Position numbers and translations under genes: made by a program. Of a DNA stretch of 64,000 bases, positions 12,100 to 26,100 are shown in pieces (the first letter of the stretch is position 1; every line of letters starts with the position of its first letter). The DNA is from Tubulanus polymorphus (Eukaryota > Animalia > Nemertea), in contig NC_134034.1 of the NCBI RefSeq assembly GCF_964204645.1, positions 3,861,814-3,925,813 on the forward strand. The letters run 5' to 3'. Under the pieces are notes generated by a model. That model was given only the letters and a program-made list of their open reading frames with translations, was not told where the DNA came from and did no database searches.

Positions 12100-13028
12100 T
12101 TTATTAAAATCATCTCCTTGTACTTGTAATCATCTCCTTCCACTATCTGGTAACAATGCCGCAAACAGAGGAGAAAACATCCAGAGTTATGGAAAGAATT
12201 CATGACTGAAAATTTATGTGTCACCAAAGGAATGCGGTTCAAGTCCAGTATAGCTTGGAATTTTTCCCCCACTCAAAGATACATTAAAAAAACGAAGAAT
12301 TCGACTGCGCACTCTACGGGGACACGTTTTCCACCAACATACTGACATACCGTCGATATGTCGGTTTGTCGGTGTACCGATATGTCGGTGTGCCGGTATG
12401 TCCGTACCTCCCTATAGCGTAATGTCGTAAAATTCAATCAGTCCGATATTGGCGGATTAATTTCAAATTTAGACCGATTTTTCTTAATTTCACCTGAAGT
12501 TTCGAAGATTGTTGATGGGTTTGAAAGCAGCTATGGTTTTGTTAGTGACAACAAAAGAAAAGAACCCCGCGAGATCTTCCATAATACTGGAAAATGCAGA
12601 ATAACTAAAGACGGTAATCATTCTAAATCGTACAAGCTTTTTTGCTACAGATGGATCACTCCTCCTGGCTTACGACAAGGCCAAGGTCTTCCATCATCTC
12701 GGAGCTATGGCATCTGAACAAGTCCTACCTACGTGGACTGAACAAGACCTACTGGTTGATGTAAGTCTTGATGATGAACACGTGTCTGAAATGGTTGATG
12801 AACAAATGGAAGTCTCAGATGGCGGTTCTTCAATAATGATCATTGCCAATAGCAAAGAGAATCCGCTGCTGCAAACATGGGAAACGAAAGTGAAGATGTC
12901 GAACAGCACATAGTTATAATCATCGATGGTATGGCCCTGGCGAACTCAATCTCAAAGACAGGCAGAATAAAAAGATGTAGTGACTTTGCAACTGCATTTC
13001 AAGAAAAGCTCGTCAGGATTGCAGCCAA
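12100..13028 (+). mobile_element. Academ-type transposase relic, copy A
   Basis: HPELWKEFMTENLCVTK..RFKS and VIIIDGMALANSISKT..I..CSDFATAF resemble Academ transposase motifs. Disrupted and interrupted by a small palindromic element. Confidence 0.6.
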
Positions 13029-14971
13029 TAATGATCAATGCCAATAGCAAAGAGAATCCCCTGCTGCAAACATGGGAAACGAAAGTGAAGATGTCGAACA
13101 GCACATAGTTATAATCATCGATGGTATGGCCCTGACATAGAACTATACCAAAGTTGTCTTCTTCTTTGCTAAGGGGATATAGAGTCTGAAGTATTTACTG
13201 ATGAGGTCGGATTCTCTTAAACGGCGCTGGGTTTGATCATTACAAATTATGAGATATTACAAGTTACGAGCCTCCAAATACGAAAAAAACTCTAAGAACA
13301 TCGACACCTTATGAATGTTGCATCTCAATTATCACTGGAAAGGGTTCATTATGGAATATGGAAAATCGAAATGCCACCCACCGCAACAGCCACATCTGTT
13401 CTGTATTTTTTTTAAACGCACTGAGATGGAAGTGGAATAAAGTGACCCATACCCACTTTAGCACAATCTAAAAAAAGTAAACTTGTTCTCACAAGAACCA
13501 ATTTACTATGTATAAGTGAACATTGTTTGTATAAGTGAACATTGTTTCTACGCCTTCCTTAAACCTTGAAACAATTGCCGCGTCAATCTTTTTGGCGATA
13601 CATTTTAAATTCCCTGTATTTCTGACTAATGTGATTTTTGAAACTTTGAGTTTTGCGTTCTCGATTTCTTATGCTGGGAACTAATCTTTTGATAAGTTTT
13701 TCACTGCCCTTTTGTAATGCTTTTGAAAGCGTTTCATGGCCCTTGTGCCATCTCAAATAACTGCAGGAGCGTGTTGATTTTTTGGTATGTGTAGTACATG
13801 GCATATCAGCATGCTGGCAATTTTGCACACATCTGTTTTGAGTAACACGTAGTTAAACTGTATTGCATTTTTTATTGATGTATTTTTGTTTTGATGTTGC
13901 TTTGAGTCAATTAACATTTTTCTGCAAGAAAATTTCTTACATAGTTTTTATTCACTGTTTCCAATAGAATAGATCTGTATATGTGAGAAATAGGAGAATT
14001 CTGTATATTCGAGTAAAGTCCTACCAGTAAACTAGTGGTGGTTTCATTTGACTATACGTTACAATACGTTACGTTACCCTGTCTCTCAATTGAATTCAGG
14101 AAAGAATGCGAGAAATAGTAGAATCGAAAGAGTAGAGTCAACGCTCCACCAGAACTAGTGGAACTTGACTTTACACCAAACGAATAGACGTCAAGAAATT
14201 TACTTGAAAATAAGACATAAATATATTTAGTTATTCGCGTTTCAATACACATTAATGGTGACCTAATGGCGTCATTAGGTGTTCTCTTGTGTCAATTGAT
14301 TGGAATTTCTGTGACCGTGTTTTAGTGGTAACAGTTTAGGTACAAAATGTACACTGAGTCTTCACAAACAAGTTTTACTCCAAGTTTTACTCAAACTCGA
14401 TTTCATAGAAAAATAAAATCTTTCTCTTTGGCCCATTCTAACACCAAAGTAAGAACCCTGACTCTTATGTTTGCTTTTGTCCAGCTGCCCGACCATAGAA
14501 ACGGTTCTGGAATCATCAACGTAGTAACAAAAGTGCAATTGTTGCCCATCGGTTAGGATTTGGGAGTTCGTTTTAAGGAATAGAAGAAGGTCTGGGAATC
14601 CTCCCCAAGTGTATTTTTAAACATTTGCTGCAATCTGTGGCCGATAGATAGACTGGTTCCCGTTTTGCTTTGCATTTATCGATCTTATTTTGCAATTGCA
14701 GACCATGTATCGACGTTAGAAAATTATTCAGTCTGCAGGTACCTTATCGGTATTTCCTATGTGGGGGAATCAATCCCCACTGGATGCCATGTTCGATGTT
14801 TCACAGTTGTTCACAAGTAGTTTCAAATCGAAAGGCTGTTCGGTTATGAGAATGATTGATATTTGGTCGCGGAATTTTATTTTGTTTGTAAAAAGTGATA
14901 TTAATGAGTTTCGTGAGGTCAAGGTTCCACTATAAACACATTTTTTACCATTTCCCACACAAATGAAAGTT

Positions 14972-16078
14972 TTACTGTGAATCACACAAATAATTGATAA
15001 GTAAAACTTGTTTAGCTGTTTTTCTAAATGTTTTATTCGTCGCGCAATAAACAAGGAAATTTGCGGATGAGTCAAAAGCACTGAGCAGAATTCCTACTTT
15101 GCGCATGATCATTGTTTCGTCGAAAGATAAACCATGACTTATTCCAAACTTCATTTGGAAGAAATGTAACAAACGATCTAAAGATGCCGGAATTTCAAAT
15201 ATAAAATACATCAATACAATCATTAGAACCATTTTTAATATTTTCAATTCAGCGGATGTATTTTGAGTTTTCTCACTGGGCGTCGCTGCGTCAGTGTGAA
15301 ATTGATTCTTCTGATTTCGTTTTCTCAATATCAGGACTCCAAACAAAGTTAGATTTAACGCTATCAAACAGCTAAATGGTAGAAGTATACACACGAAGAT
15401 GTAGGTATTAAAAGTGACGAATCCCCCAAGAGCAGAATGATAATTAAACGGGGTTTTAGTTGTTTTCGCTCCAAACGCTCCCATTGTGAATAATCCCTTA
15501 GCACAAGGATGTGTGGCCCTTCCGGGTAAATAAAGTGGAAAATAATACGACCAGTAAGAAACTACAGAACAAAATACGTTGAAAATCGATAGAGAAATTA
15601 TTTGTTTTTTGTTCCAGAATCGTCTAAAATACAGCGGACTCGCGACAACCAGGAGTCTTTCAAAATTTACAATCACAACGGCCCAATTTCTGGCTGTTTG
15701 AAATGTGTAGAATAATGGTAGCGCCCATATTGTAATTTCGTGTCCAAAATACCAATCATCAATACGCCAGAGTGTGCTTAATTCAGTGGTTCTGGTGATC
15801 TGGATAACAAGTATACGAAGTGGATAAAGTAGAGACACAGAAATAAGAAAAAGTAAATCAAACCAGGCGAGAATTATAATAGTTTGATAAGTAGAGCGAC
15901 CGATCCTTCTGAATATAACAATAGAGATACAGTTTAGAAATATTCCTAGAACTGAAGCTGATGAATATCCGTAACGGTAAAGCTTAACACTAAACACGAA
16001 ATCCCATCGATCTGGTGGCATAACACATCGAGGAGTCTCAGTCATCGTGGTGGATGTGAGCTGAGATGTAAAATTCAT
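14972..16078 (-). CDS. Intronless class A GPCR, FMRFamide/sex-peptide-receptor-like, 368 aa, copy B
   Basis: Intact ORF with 8 amino-acid differences from 2966-4072. Confidence 0.93.
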   Translation of the reverse strand: MNFTSQLTSTTMTETPRCVMPPDRWDFVFSVKLYRYGYSSASVLGIFLNCISIVIFRRIGRSTYQTIIILAWFDLLFLISVSLLYPLRILVIQITRTTELSTLWRIDDWYFGHEITIWALPLFYTFQTARNWAVVIVNFERLLVVASPLYFRRFWNKKQIISLSIFNVFCSVVSYWSYYFPLYLPGRATHPCAKGLFTMGAFGAKTTKTPFNYHSALGGFVTFNTYIFVCILLPFSCLIALNLTLFGVLILRKRNQKNQFHTDAATPSEKTQNTSAELKILKMVLMIVLMYFIFEIPASLDRLLHFFQMKFGISHGLSFDETMIMRKVGILLSAFDSSANFLVYCATNKTFRKTAKQVLLINYLCDSQ

Positions 16079-19069
16079 ATTTCAGCAGCGGCAGCAGTAG
16101 CAGCATCAGTTGCCAGTGAGTGAAATAACAAGAGATACTTCAGACCGTGTTCAACTCTTCGATGGTGCGATAGCGCATGTGATTCATAGTCTGTAATCAT
16201 CTATCTACATGGTAACAACACCCATCTCCACTATGCAGAAAATTGCCATGCAAAAGACTTTTCTGAAATAAATTTTTATTCACTGTCTCCAATAGAATAG
16301 GTTTGTATGTGAGAAATATATATTAGAATTCTGTATATTTGAGTCAAGCTATATCAGTGAACTAGTGGTGGCTTCAGGTGACTACACTTTAAAAACAAAT
16401 GATAATTAGGTCCCTCTATTGAATTTAGGAAAGAAAGATGTAAAATATGAGTCTGTATTATAACCCAAGAGAACCCATGGGGTCATATTTGTCCAAGCCA
16501 CTTTGAGCCCCTGGAAAAATTCAGTACAACGAAAAAATTTAAAAAGTCACTCAGAAAGCCCATATGGACACATATGGGCGTACTATAGTGACATCTGGCG
16601 GTAGACATGATAACCCTTAAGTTTTTTACAATGAATTCAAAATGGCGACCCCCATGGAAATGAAGCATGCATGACTATGTGTGTAGTAATTCAGCCACAG
16701 ATTATAGGCCAGATGACAATAAATTGTTGTTTTAGATATTATCAATAGTACTGGTAGCACACGTAGGTCTTGTTAGACTGTGATAAATAATGAGTATGAT
16801 TCTACACATGTGTGTTATTCAGCGTAGGTCAAATGATCCCTATGGATCTTTATATCTCATGCTAAATTTCTTTATTAGTATTCAAATACTTGTTACAGAG
16901 AACAACTATGGCAACTATGCCCTACTTCCATGTCCACTAAAAACAGGATGTGCTATGTGATAAAATGACTAGCCATTGCATTAACGAGAACATGAATGCC
17001 GTGCTTTGTATGGAATGGATAAAACTGACAAAACATGTGACATTAGTGCGAGGACGTACTTTGTTTCACACAGACACGTTTCCTTTGCCATGAGTACCGT
17101 TATAATTGAACTTTACAGTGCCTAATTGGTATTACGAGGACCGTTGAGATGCTGAATGTGCTTATCTTGTGATATTTTGAAATTAAGCAACTTTACTTTT
17201 TTAGAATATCCATGACTATTCATTTCTTTGATTATATCATTAACTTTATGCAGACAGGCAGCAACATGATTACAGGTTTGTGACTATCCAGCAAGACATG
17301 AAAACAGCAAAGCCAATATCTCTCCAGACTGACTGAAAGCTATCTACGCACATTCTCCTCAAATGCACTGAAATAGTGTATCGTCAGCAGAAATAACAGA
17401 TTTGCCTGAGTACTGGCAATATTATCTTTTGCCTACTAATCCAGCCTTAAAATACGAATAGGCCTCACAGAGTTATACCTGCCAACAAAGTCGACCCCAA
17501 ATAATCTATTCCTAATGGTAAATGCAAAGATTTTACCTAAGTCAATGATATGTAGTTTCTTTGCATCAGTCGCGACATGCCACTGTTCCATCTCAAGTGG
17601 ATCTCCGTTATTAATATATTTGAGAATTTTCTTATAATCATCAGTGAGCTGTCTTTTAGTGTGTCAGCAGTTTTCAGTTTGAGGGGAACATTTTGCTCCC
17701 GCTAGTGGTAAACGAACGCGCGACTTACTCTTTCCTCCTTCGGATGAAGTCTTTTTAAGCGCGAGTGCTTGATTCTTCAAAATCCCGTATATCTTCGAAG
17801 TAACTCATTTTGATCCAAACATTTTCTTTATTTTGATCTATAAGATTCCCTCTCATTGTTATATTTGAAGATATCTTCCGCTACCCTAATTTCACCGGTC
17901 TCTGGGCAGCAAATAAAACTTGTGCCCCCAAAACAGGGGCTGATCAAGTTAATTAGACAACTGTAGTATTTATCCTTCCGCTTAACCTGTGTTCGTGAAA
18001 ATGTTGATAAAATAGGCGTTTGCCGAGCTTGGGTTCGCCCTGTGATAATTGGATTGAAAATATCGGTCGTATTTATTGCTGTTATGACACGTTTACCGCG
18101 ATGCACCGAAATAACACGAACTGCATATTTGTTTACTTCTTATGCAATTTATCACTTAAAATCATGTTATATCAGAAAGAAAAACCTGGAGTAACCACTT
18201 TCACCATATTTTGTAGTATATTTTTGTGGAAAAACAACTTTAAAATTTACCGAGATGAGATCGTCAATCAAGTGAAATTTGTTTTTCGCCGAGGTGACCT
18301 ATTTTAAGTAAATGTATTGATTTTCGATACTCGATATATCGAGATCCACAGATTTACATGATTTAGAAAAACCTGTGAAAACTACTGCAGTTGATACGTA
18401 GATGCAGAACAAAACAGAATGGCAGAGAAACAAAACAAACAAAAGGTACACATCTTGCTAAACAGCATAAAACCATATTTATAAGGATTACTGCTATAAA
18501 CCTCATATAACCCCCTCGCATAAACTAGATACTCATTTGTATCGTACAGAAGCTCCCAAGTCCTGTCTAACTACGGGTGTTCCATTAAATGCTATGCAAA
18601 AAGAACATTGCCAAACCGTGTGAGATAAATCAACCATATCTTCTGGAGAGTTGGACTACAATGATACTTTTTAATCGATGATAGTTTTCATCACATTAAG
18701 TCACTTTTTCACTTGAAATTTATCTGTAAGTTGCCCAGCACAAAGTGTTGACTGCGCGGATCCCTTGATGGATGTTTCTCTTAAAATCATCAGTAGTTGC
18801 TGGTTTGATTAGGAAAAACTGTTTCCTTCAGATAGCCCCACAAGTAAAATTCCAATATATAATTCCTATAAAAACATTGCAAATAACTACCTCTTTATAT
18901 CGTCATGGATTCTTGTAGTCTCCTCGGTGAAAACAATTTGTATTTTAATTTCATCATCAATGAAACAATTATCATATTTATATAAATATATAACATTTTA
19001 ATTATCAAATTATATAGATCGACAAAAAATTCCCCATAACTAAGCAATGTGTCCATCGATCAGGTTATT

Positions 19070-19240
19070 TAGAAACTACAAGATTATCTGCTATCCTCGG
19101 TTCTACAGCTGCAGCCGGATACACATCTTCAACTCCTTCCGGCTGCCCGTCCTCTGGAACAGGTATATGATGGTCCTACGCTATGTTGTGCAATACCATC
19201 GTAGCTTTTATTACTTTGATTGCTTTCTCAGAAAAAGTTA
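19070..19240 (-). mobile_element. PIF/Harbinger transposase C-terminal relic
   Basis: KAIKVIKATMVLHNIA followed by an acidic/Pro tail, resembling the Harbinger ..ACCVLHN motif. Confidence 0.4.
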
Positions 19241-19470
19241 ATGCATTGGAAGCTGATATCATTGATTGTAAATTTGTGTTTATTGATACGTCGAGTGCAA
19301 ACATCTTCCTGGCTTGGTTTTTTTGTGCAGCGCCCGGAAACGTCGGAAAATTTTGTTTCCATACCCATGCGAAATAAGTGGACAGTATCGGTTCAACCAT
19401 ATCAATAATTTCTATTTTAAGTCGACGACAGAGCACATCAGCAGGTGGCCTTGCTCGATCAGTTTTGATG

Positions 19471-19690
19471 GTATATACCTGATAAATGTCTTATTAGGAC
19501 CAGAAAGGACTGGCAGTTGAGCTAAAACATTGATTTGTTATCCATTCTACACTCTATTGAAGGATTGCCAAAATGTCTTCATTGAAAGGGGTTGTATAAG
19601 GTGACTCCATGATTTGAAAGTTTGACAATATGTTTCTACGCCTATGTACCCCACTTCAGTTGGTTAGGTATGCAAACATATTGATACTGA
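19471..19690. mobile_element. Degenerate half-copy of the foldback element at 50550-51057
   Basis: atacctgataaa.gtctta.taggaccagaaaggac.ggcagt... is shared with the sequence from 50624 onward. Confidence 0.75.
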
Positions 19691-22600
19691 TGTGCTCTTA
19701 ACTATAGTTAGACATTAATCCCTTTCATAAACCTCCCACGCAGGATGTCACTTTCACTTGTAGCATAGTTTCTATTTATTTTCCTGAAGCTTAATTTGTA
19801 GTGCTTACATGATCAATCGAAAGGTTTGGACGAGTTTAGCGGCTGCCCAAGAGCCACTTAGCAGGCCCCAGACGTTAAGGCCCCAGGGATTCGCTGAGGA
19901 TAGGGCTGTTAAAGCCGTTTCAGTGATCCTGATTGAACCACGCCATTGAAAGACGCCCGGAGGCCCGTGGCTACGTTGGGAAATTTAATTGTCTTCTTAC
20001 ATATTTAAGTTGAATGATGTTCCTAAGTATTCGATATATTATGTCCGCTTTAAGATTTGCAGTGTTTAAGTGGGCACTGCCTTAGCTAAGTGGCCAATGA
20101 GCGTGATCGCTCTTAATTTATAGTTTTCCTGAGGTCAACGCAAGCGGTGATTGGTCAAGCTTGGAGAGCAGTGATACGCTGCGCCGATGAAGTACGTTCC
20201 GCGAAATCATTCAACCGTGACAAGAGATAAGGACGTCGATAAGGACGTCTATAAAGATGTAAAACGCGAAAGATAGAATCGAATTCTACATAATTCACAA
20301 CAAAAAGGTGACTACTACAAGATCGCTTCGGAGGTTTTTGTATCAAAATAGAGCGGAGTAAACGGCACCACCGGAAAAACGCTCACATGGAAGTGAGGCA
20401 GCGCCAGTGAGCTGCGTTGTTAAATAACGTAAACATCTGATTTGATTTAGAATCTAGTCGCATGCAGAGACTCGAATTCGCATTATGTTCCAATAGAGAC
20501 GCATTAAACGTTTCAAATGCCTTAATCGTATTAACACATTTCACGTCCATCGACGAGAGCTCGGTGGCGATGTCACTATTTTCTTCACGTTCTTTTAGTT
20601 TTGGACGATACCTGGGCAACCACTGCTATCGAGTATATAGTAAGTATCGGGTGACGATACTATGTGTGTCTCTATCTAGCCTCCGCTGCCACATCGATGT
20701 TAGCAACTCCTCGTCGGATTTGATGATGTGGTGCTTTGCTTCTTGTAGTAACCTGTGACCTTTCTGGAACTTGTTGCCTCGTAGTTATTTTCGCCGATTC
20801 TGGAACTCATGTTCTCTCTTCCTTTTTTTGCTAGTTTGGTTTACCTCCTCTTTAGTTGTTGCTGTATTTTTGCATTCGAATTATCGATGTATCGGACCTC
20901 CGAGCGATCTCAGGTCGTGAGATGGCGAGGCGAATATCCGACTTCGAGAAACCCGTGTTGCTAAGACAACGCGGATCGACAGGACCATGAATCGAAAGCG
21001 CTCGATGCCAGGGGACAAAAGCTTCGAGGGAAGAAAGATATGGCGGGTCCACTTGAAGTCGGATAGACAGAAATCATATCGCGATCCTTGGTCGGATAGC
21101 GCGGCTCAAAATAAGTGAGTTTCATCGAAAAAAGATAAATAATACTATAAAGGATTAGTCATCAGGTCTGCAAGGTAAGTCCTGTGGCCAGTTTCGCCAT
21201 ACGCTCATCTCCGTTATTTGTCACATGGCAATTCTGATGGATTGATATTATAATCTTTATCGAAAGTCTTTTCAAATCTAAGATAAGGGTGTGTTAGTAT
21301 CATCAATCTTCTACATTACTAGTAAGGCTACGTGTGTTAGTTTTTTGGATTTGTCAAACTTCCGTTGGAGATCAATTGGTTGTTATCTTGGCGAAACTTT
21401 CTTTGGCCAGTACCTGTACTTTTGCATCCGCCAAAATGAACGAATCTTCAATTGTAGGCTTACATAGGCTGGAAACTACGCCTTCCAATCCATAAACAGC
21501 GTTATTTCACTTATTAGGAAACACTATTATATTTTTATATTGCTCCAACGGTTGTCAACCACGGTGATGTTGGCTCTCCTCTACCAGTTCAAATAACCAT
21601 TTTCCAGCGGCTCCTAGTATGACTTCATACGATGACATGCTTTCTCAGGCAGATTAGCCTAAAATGACCCGGAAGAAAGATAACAGATATATTCACTTTT
21701 TTATCCATCGCGTTTGACTCGAAAAAAAACATTGAGTCTGCATTTAAGAGAGTGGGTCGTTTGGCTGTCAGGAAGCTTACAACTTTTTAGGCCTTACAAC
21801 GTGGCTTCTTTCCTTTTTATAATTACGTCTTGATTCTCCGATCCCTAAAGTCTGGAATTTTGGTTATATGGACATAGAAATAAAAATGAGCCTCCACGCT
21901 GAACCAAATCCTCCCCAGAAGGTCCAGTGATGAATGAAGCTGGTGTGACATCCAATTGGCAAACTCGATCCAACCTGGCCATATTCTCTGCTACATCTGA
22001 ACCTTCATTGCATAAAAATACAACGAATTATATACGGTCGGTAATCTCTAGGTTGACAATTTGCATGTCAGCCTTGAAACAATCTATTGGTTTAGGGATT
22101 TTCCCCTGAATTTGCCGATAGCCAATAAATTCTAACCTATATCCATATTCAACTATGTTCATTAGTGGCTTTTTCCATTTGTCCATAAATTGCCTCATAC
22201 GACCAGCTTCATGGCTTCTTATGTTTTCACCGTCTTAAAAGTTTCTTCTAAAGATTGCATGTCATCTTCCATGATGTTATTTCGAGACAAGCTTACCCAC
22301 GTTTCAGACCGTTTTTTTCTCTGTCGTGTCTTTTTGGCCTTTCTTGAATTTGGATTTTCGATTGTATGCAGGCATTGTTCACTTCTTGGTAACTTCCCTT
22401 GCAACCGGAACTCGCTCTCATTTGGATTAATAATGATTTCATTGATTTGTAAATTCCATATTAGAGGTTTCGACAATAAGCCTTTTCGCCACAATTCATT
22501 TTCAATTTAATTACATGATTCATGTAGTCTCTCCAGTTGTCTGATGTGGTATTGTCTACCATCGAATATCAGCTTTTTGACGTTGGTTAACTTGGATTGT

Positions 22601-23109
22601 TTCTTTTGCTTTTATTCTTTGATTCCAAACCATCTCTATCGGGTTTAACTCGCAGTGTTTTACTGCCTCATCCTCTAACTGTTCACTGCGTTTAACTTTT
22701 CTTTCTTGGTGTCTTGTCAAAATAAAACGTTGCAAAGTTAAATTTTTTCCTTGACTTGTGCGGCAAATTATGTTTTTGTAACCCATCCTTTTTAGGTGTA
22801 TCTTTTTTGTGAGGGTTCCTTTGGTGCTACACGATCTCTTTCGAATTTAGCTCTTGTTCTTTAACTGGTAACAGTAGTGGTTAATGGCCGGAGTTTTTTT
22901 TTCGGCGAACTCATGCTGCAGAGTTTGTTGTTTTTGATCATGTTAGGATCATACGTACGTTATGTTATTTTTTCCTTTCCAACCATCCCAACCAAAACTT
23001 AATCTTGTAAGCATCATATGCATACCAAAAACATTCTAGAAGTATTCTCTTCTCCGGTGGGATTTTTAATCAGTCATTTGTCCCACAATCTTTGGCCATT
23101 TTAGGATTT

Positions 23110-26100
23110 GAGGGAACACAAGGAGGGGAACCGGAAAAAGTCGTTATTGATATATCATATAACATCAAGATAATTCATCAAAATTATCAGATTATATTTG
23201 AACTATTTTGCCCATGGTTTTCCACTTTTCTTTTCCACTTTCCGCTATTTTGTTTTTGTGTAACTTTAACACAAGTTAGATGGTACAACGCTATAATAAT
23301 TAACCATTTCTTACAATTTTTAGTAATGCGGAAGATTCCTATAGAAAGAAGCATTATCAGCATGATTAACCAAAGGGGTTAATCCCTCACACTTGGATAA
23401 TAAATCCCTATATTTTTCTGCCGCAATCTTGGGCGAAGTTATGTCATATGCTGGTTTCACTTCTGGGGCCGTTTGTTGGCGTATAGCGGGAATAGTCAAC
23501 TTCTCAAAATAATTTTTGAAATGGGACATCTTGAAAAGTATCTTGTTCTCGAGGGATTTCTCGAGTCTAAGTTGTTTTACTTTTGTCCAGTAAGACCTCA
23601 AGACTTTCAAATCCCGAGAATACGTCTTCCAATCATTCACTAGGACGTTTTCGTTTACATCATATTTGTTTTACACGCTAGAGTCAAGACAAGTGGTAGC
23701 TGGCTTGGAACATACACATTACCAGCTTTCTTCAAAGCTCTTTCAATGTTACTGTGTATTGTATCACCCTCTGATTGACCATGACCAGTTTCAAAATAGT
23801 ACAGGGTAACTTGTTCGATTGATTGAGCAACCTCGTGTATAAAATAATGAATCATGGTTGGTACTATGGAATTTTTGTTTTGCCCCCCACACCCGTCTGA
23901 AAAAGTGAACATTCTTTGATATGAGATTCGTCGGCTTGACATAACCATTAAAAAAGATACGAAAACATACGAGACGATTTCGTTCGCACCACGTTTTGCC
24001 TGAGCCTCATGCCAAAGATAGCACGTGCCCTTCTCTTTAGTTACATTGTAAACTGTGAAATTATAGCAGGACAATTTCCGTTTATAGAACAGCTCTCCAC
24101 GTTTGCTTATAGGCAGACTAATTACTTGTTGCAGATCATAACAGGCTATGTATGATTGTGGATTATTTTCTGATTGATTTTTCAGCTCTTTTTTGATCTC
24201 GAACTTTTTGTTTCTCTGCGATATTTTTTCATAGACCTGTTTTATGTCATATTGCGCCTGCTCACTCCCAGTTCTGTATCTATCACAAATTGCAAACATG
24301 TCTTTTTTGGGGACGTGAAATTTCAGATTTTGAGATTTAAATATCGTATGATAAAATGAATATGAAACAGAGATATTATCGGGCTCAAAAGCATACAAAT
24401 CAAACATTTTGGTTATAGTAAGTTCTGATGACAAGTACTGTTGAGATGTATTAGCCTTACAATAGTGGGATTCCATGCGGGAAATCGATTGATGTGATTT
24501 TAAAACTGACTGTCTTTTCAATTCATCATCTACTGCCCATTTCTCACGTCTACCTCCACGCTGTTCATCCTGTAAACAACCTGTTGTTGTTGTTTTGCTA
24601 AGAACTGTTCTTACCTGACGTTCTGGTATACCGAGTGTATTCAAGAACATTACCTTGCATACTTCGATTTTGTCGTTTTTTTTTCATTTGGTAGATAATA
24701 TCGTATGGTACGTTTTCGCCTGCTGGTTTCGTTCTTTGTTTGTTTCTTTTCAACTGACATTATGAATCCGCTGATATATTGCCTTTGCTTCGCTAGATCG
24801 TCTAGATCATAGAAGGAAAGTAACGATCGAGTCTAGTGTTGTCATCGAATTTTTCACATCCAAAATCTTTTTTCTTGCACGCAGCACTATCATCAGGGGA
24901 CCTAATGAATGTGATGAAGGTGCTGGTAATATCTTCATCATTTCTGCCACTTATGCCTTCATGCCAAAGCATGCCAGTTGGTTTGAGTTTTGAGTAATTT
25001 TTACCCGAGGGGGCAAATGTCTCATTAAATACCACCAACCGTCGAGTAAACAAGGCGGCTTTAATGCCTGGCAATCGTGGGAGCATTATTACTTTTTCTA
25101 AATCGACGGAAGTTACCAGATTTGTTCCGTCAAAGGGAATTTCTGAATCGTTTCTATATATTTCGCGCCCCATCTTGGCGTTTTCTTTGTGTTTATGCCA
25201 ATTCTCACAAAGATCACAGTTGGATTTGTGCATGTGTGTTTCTCATGAGCCAGGAAATCCTCACATTCCTCCTCCCCCAATACAGCGAAACTGATCTTCA
25301 AATCTGACAAAATTCGTCTGTAAGCATCATATGATATTTGGTCGTCAGGGTGTTTACGTTGGAAATCACTGTGCATTTCAGTGATATTTATTTCATTAGT
25401 AAGATATCTGGTACGTGGGGCATGCTCACGCCTGTAATGTGAACATTGAGGGTTAAAAGATTCAATATGATCCTTAATTATCTGCTTTTTAGAATTTGAC
25501 ATGGCATGCTTTGGAGCATGTTTTCCTCTCTTGTCAGGAGGAGGAGAAAATGCTTCAACATTAGAAGAAACATCACTTAGTACACTAGTGAGAACGCGAT
25601 CAGAATTGTACCCCAAGGTTCTTAAGAAGAATATCTGACAAACAGACTGTATAACGTTGCAACTATCGGGTAAATAGAATTTTCGATAGTGCGTTTTCTT
25701 CAAACCTACCTGTTTAGTTTCAAATACCTTTACATGATTGAAAACCCATGCTTTTCTAAGATTACTGTCTTTAATGTCCCAAAACAGTTCATGAATCACA
25801 GCTCTTCTCTGTCCGTCGAACTTTTCATTACATTGTTCACGCTTACGGGAACATGTTTCAAAAAGTGGATGTTCGTTTTTAAGTTTCAAGTATTGTTCAC
25901 TTTTGAACTGGGATTCCATGCGGGGAAATCGATTGATGTGCAGCCTTGCGAATAGCTTCTTTTTAGGATCTGTTGCGTTTTTTGGGTCTATTACCGCTTC
26001 TTTCTCTCGGATGTCCATCAACAGTATAACTTGCTGGTGTTACCATAACTTCGTCTTGAATTTGCCGCTGGGGTGTTACTGGTAAAGCATCCTCAAGTGT

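Larger units (their letters stand above)
1115..13135. repeat. Tandem segmental duplication, unit A (GPCR plus TE relics)
   Basis: catagaac(c/t)ataccaaagttgtcttc starts at 1115 and again at 13136. The units are colinear and highly similar, including the GPCR (offset 12006). 11916-13028 matches ~30514-31810. Confidence 0.92.

Noticed and set aside
21500-22000. Possible DIRS tyrosine-recombinase relic (RWIKK-like motif)
   Set aside because: Too degenerate to support by eye; a profile search is needed.
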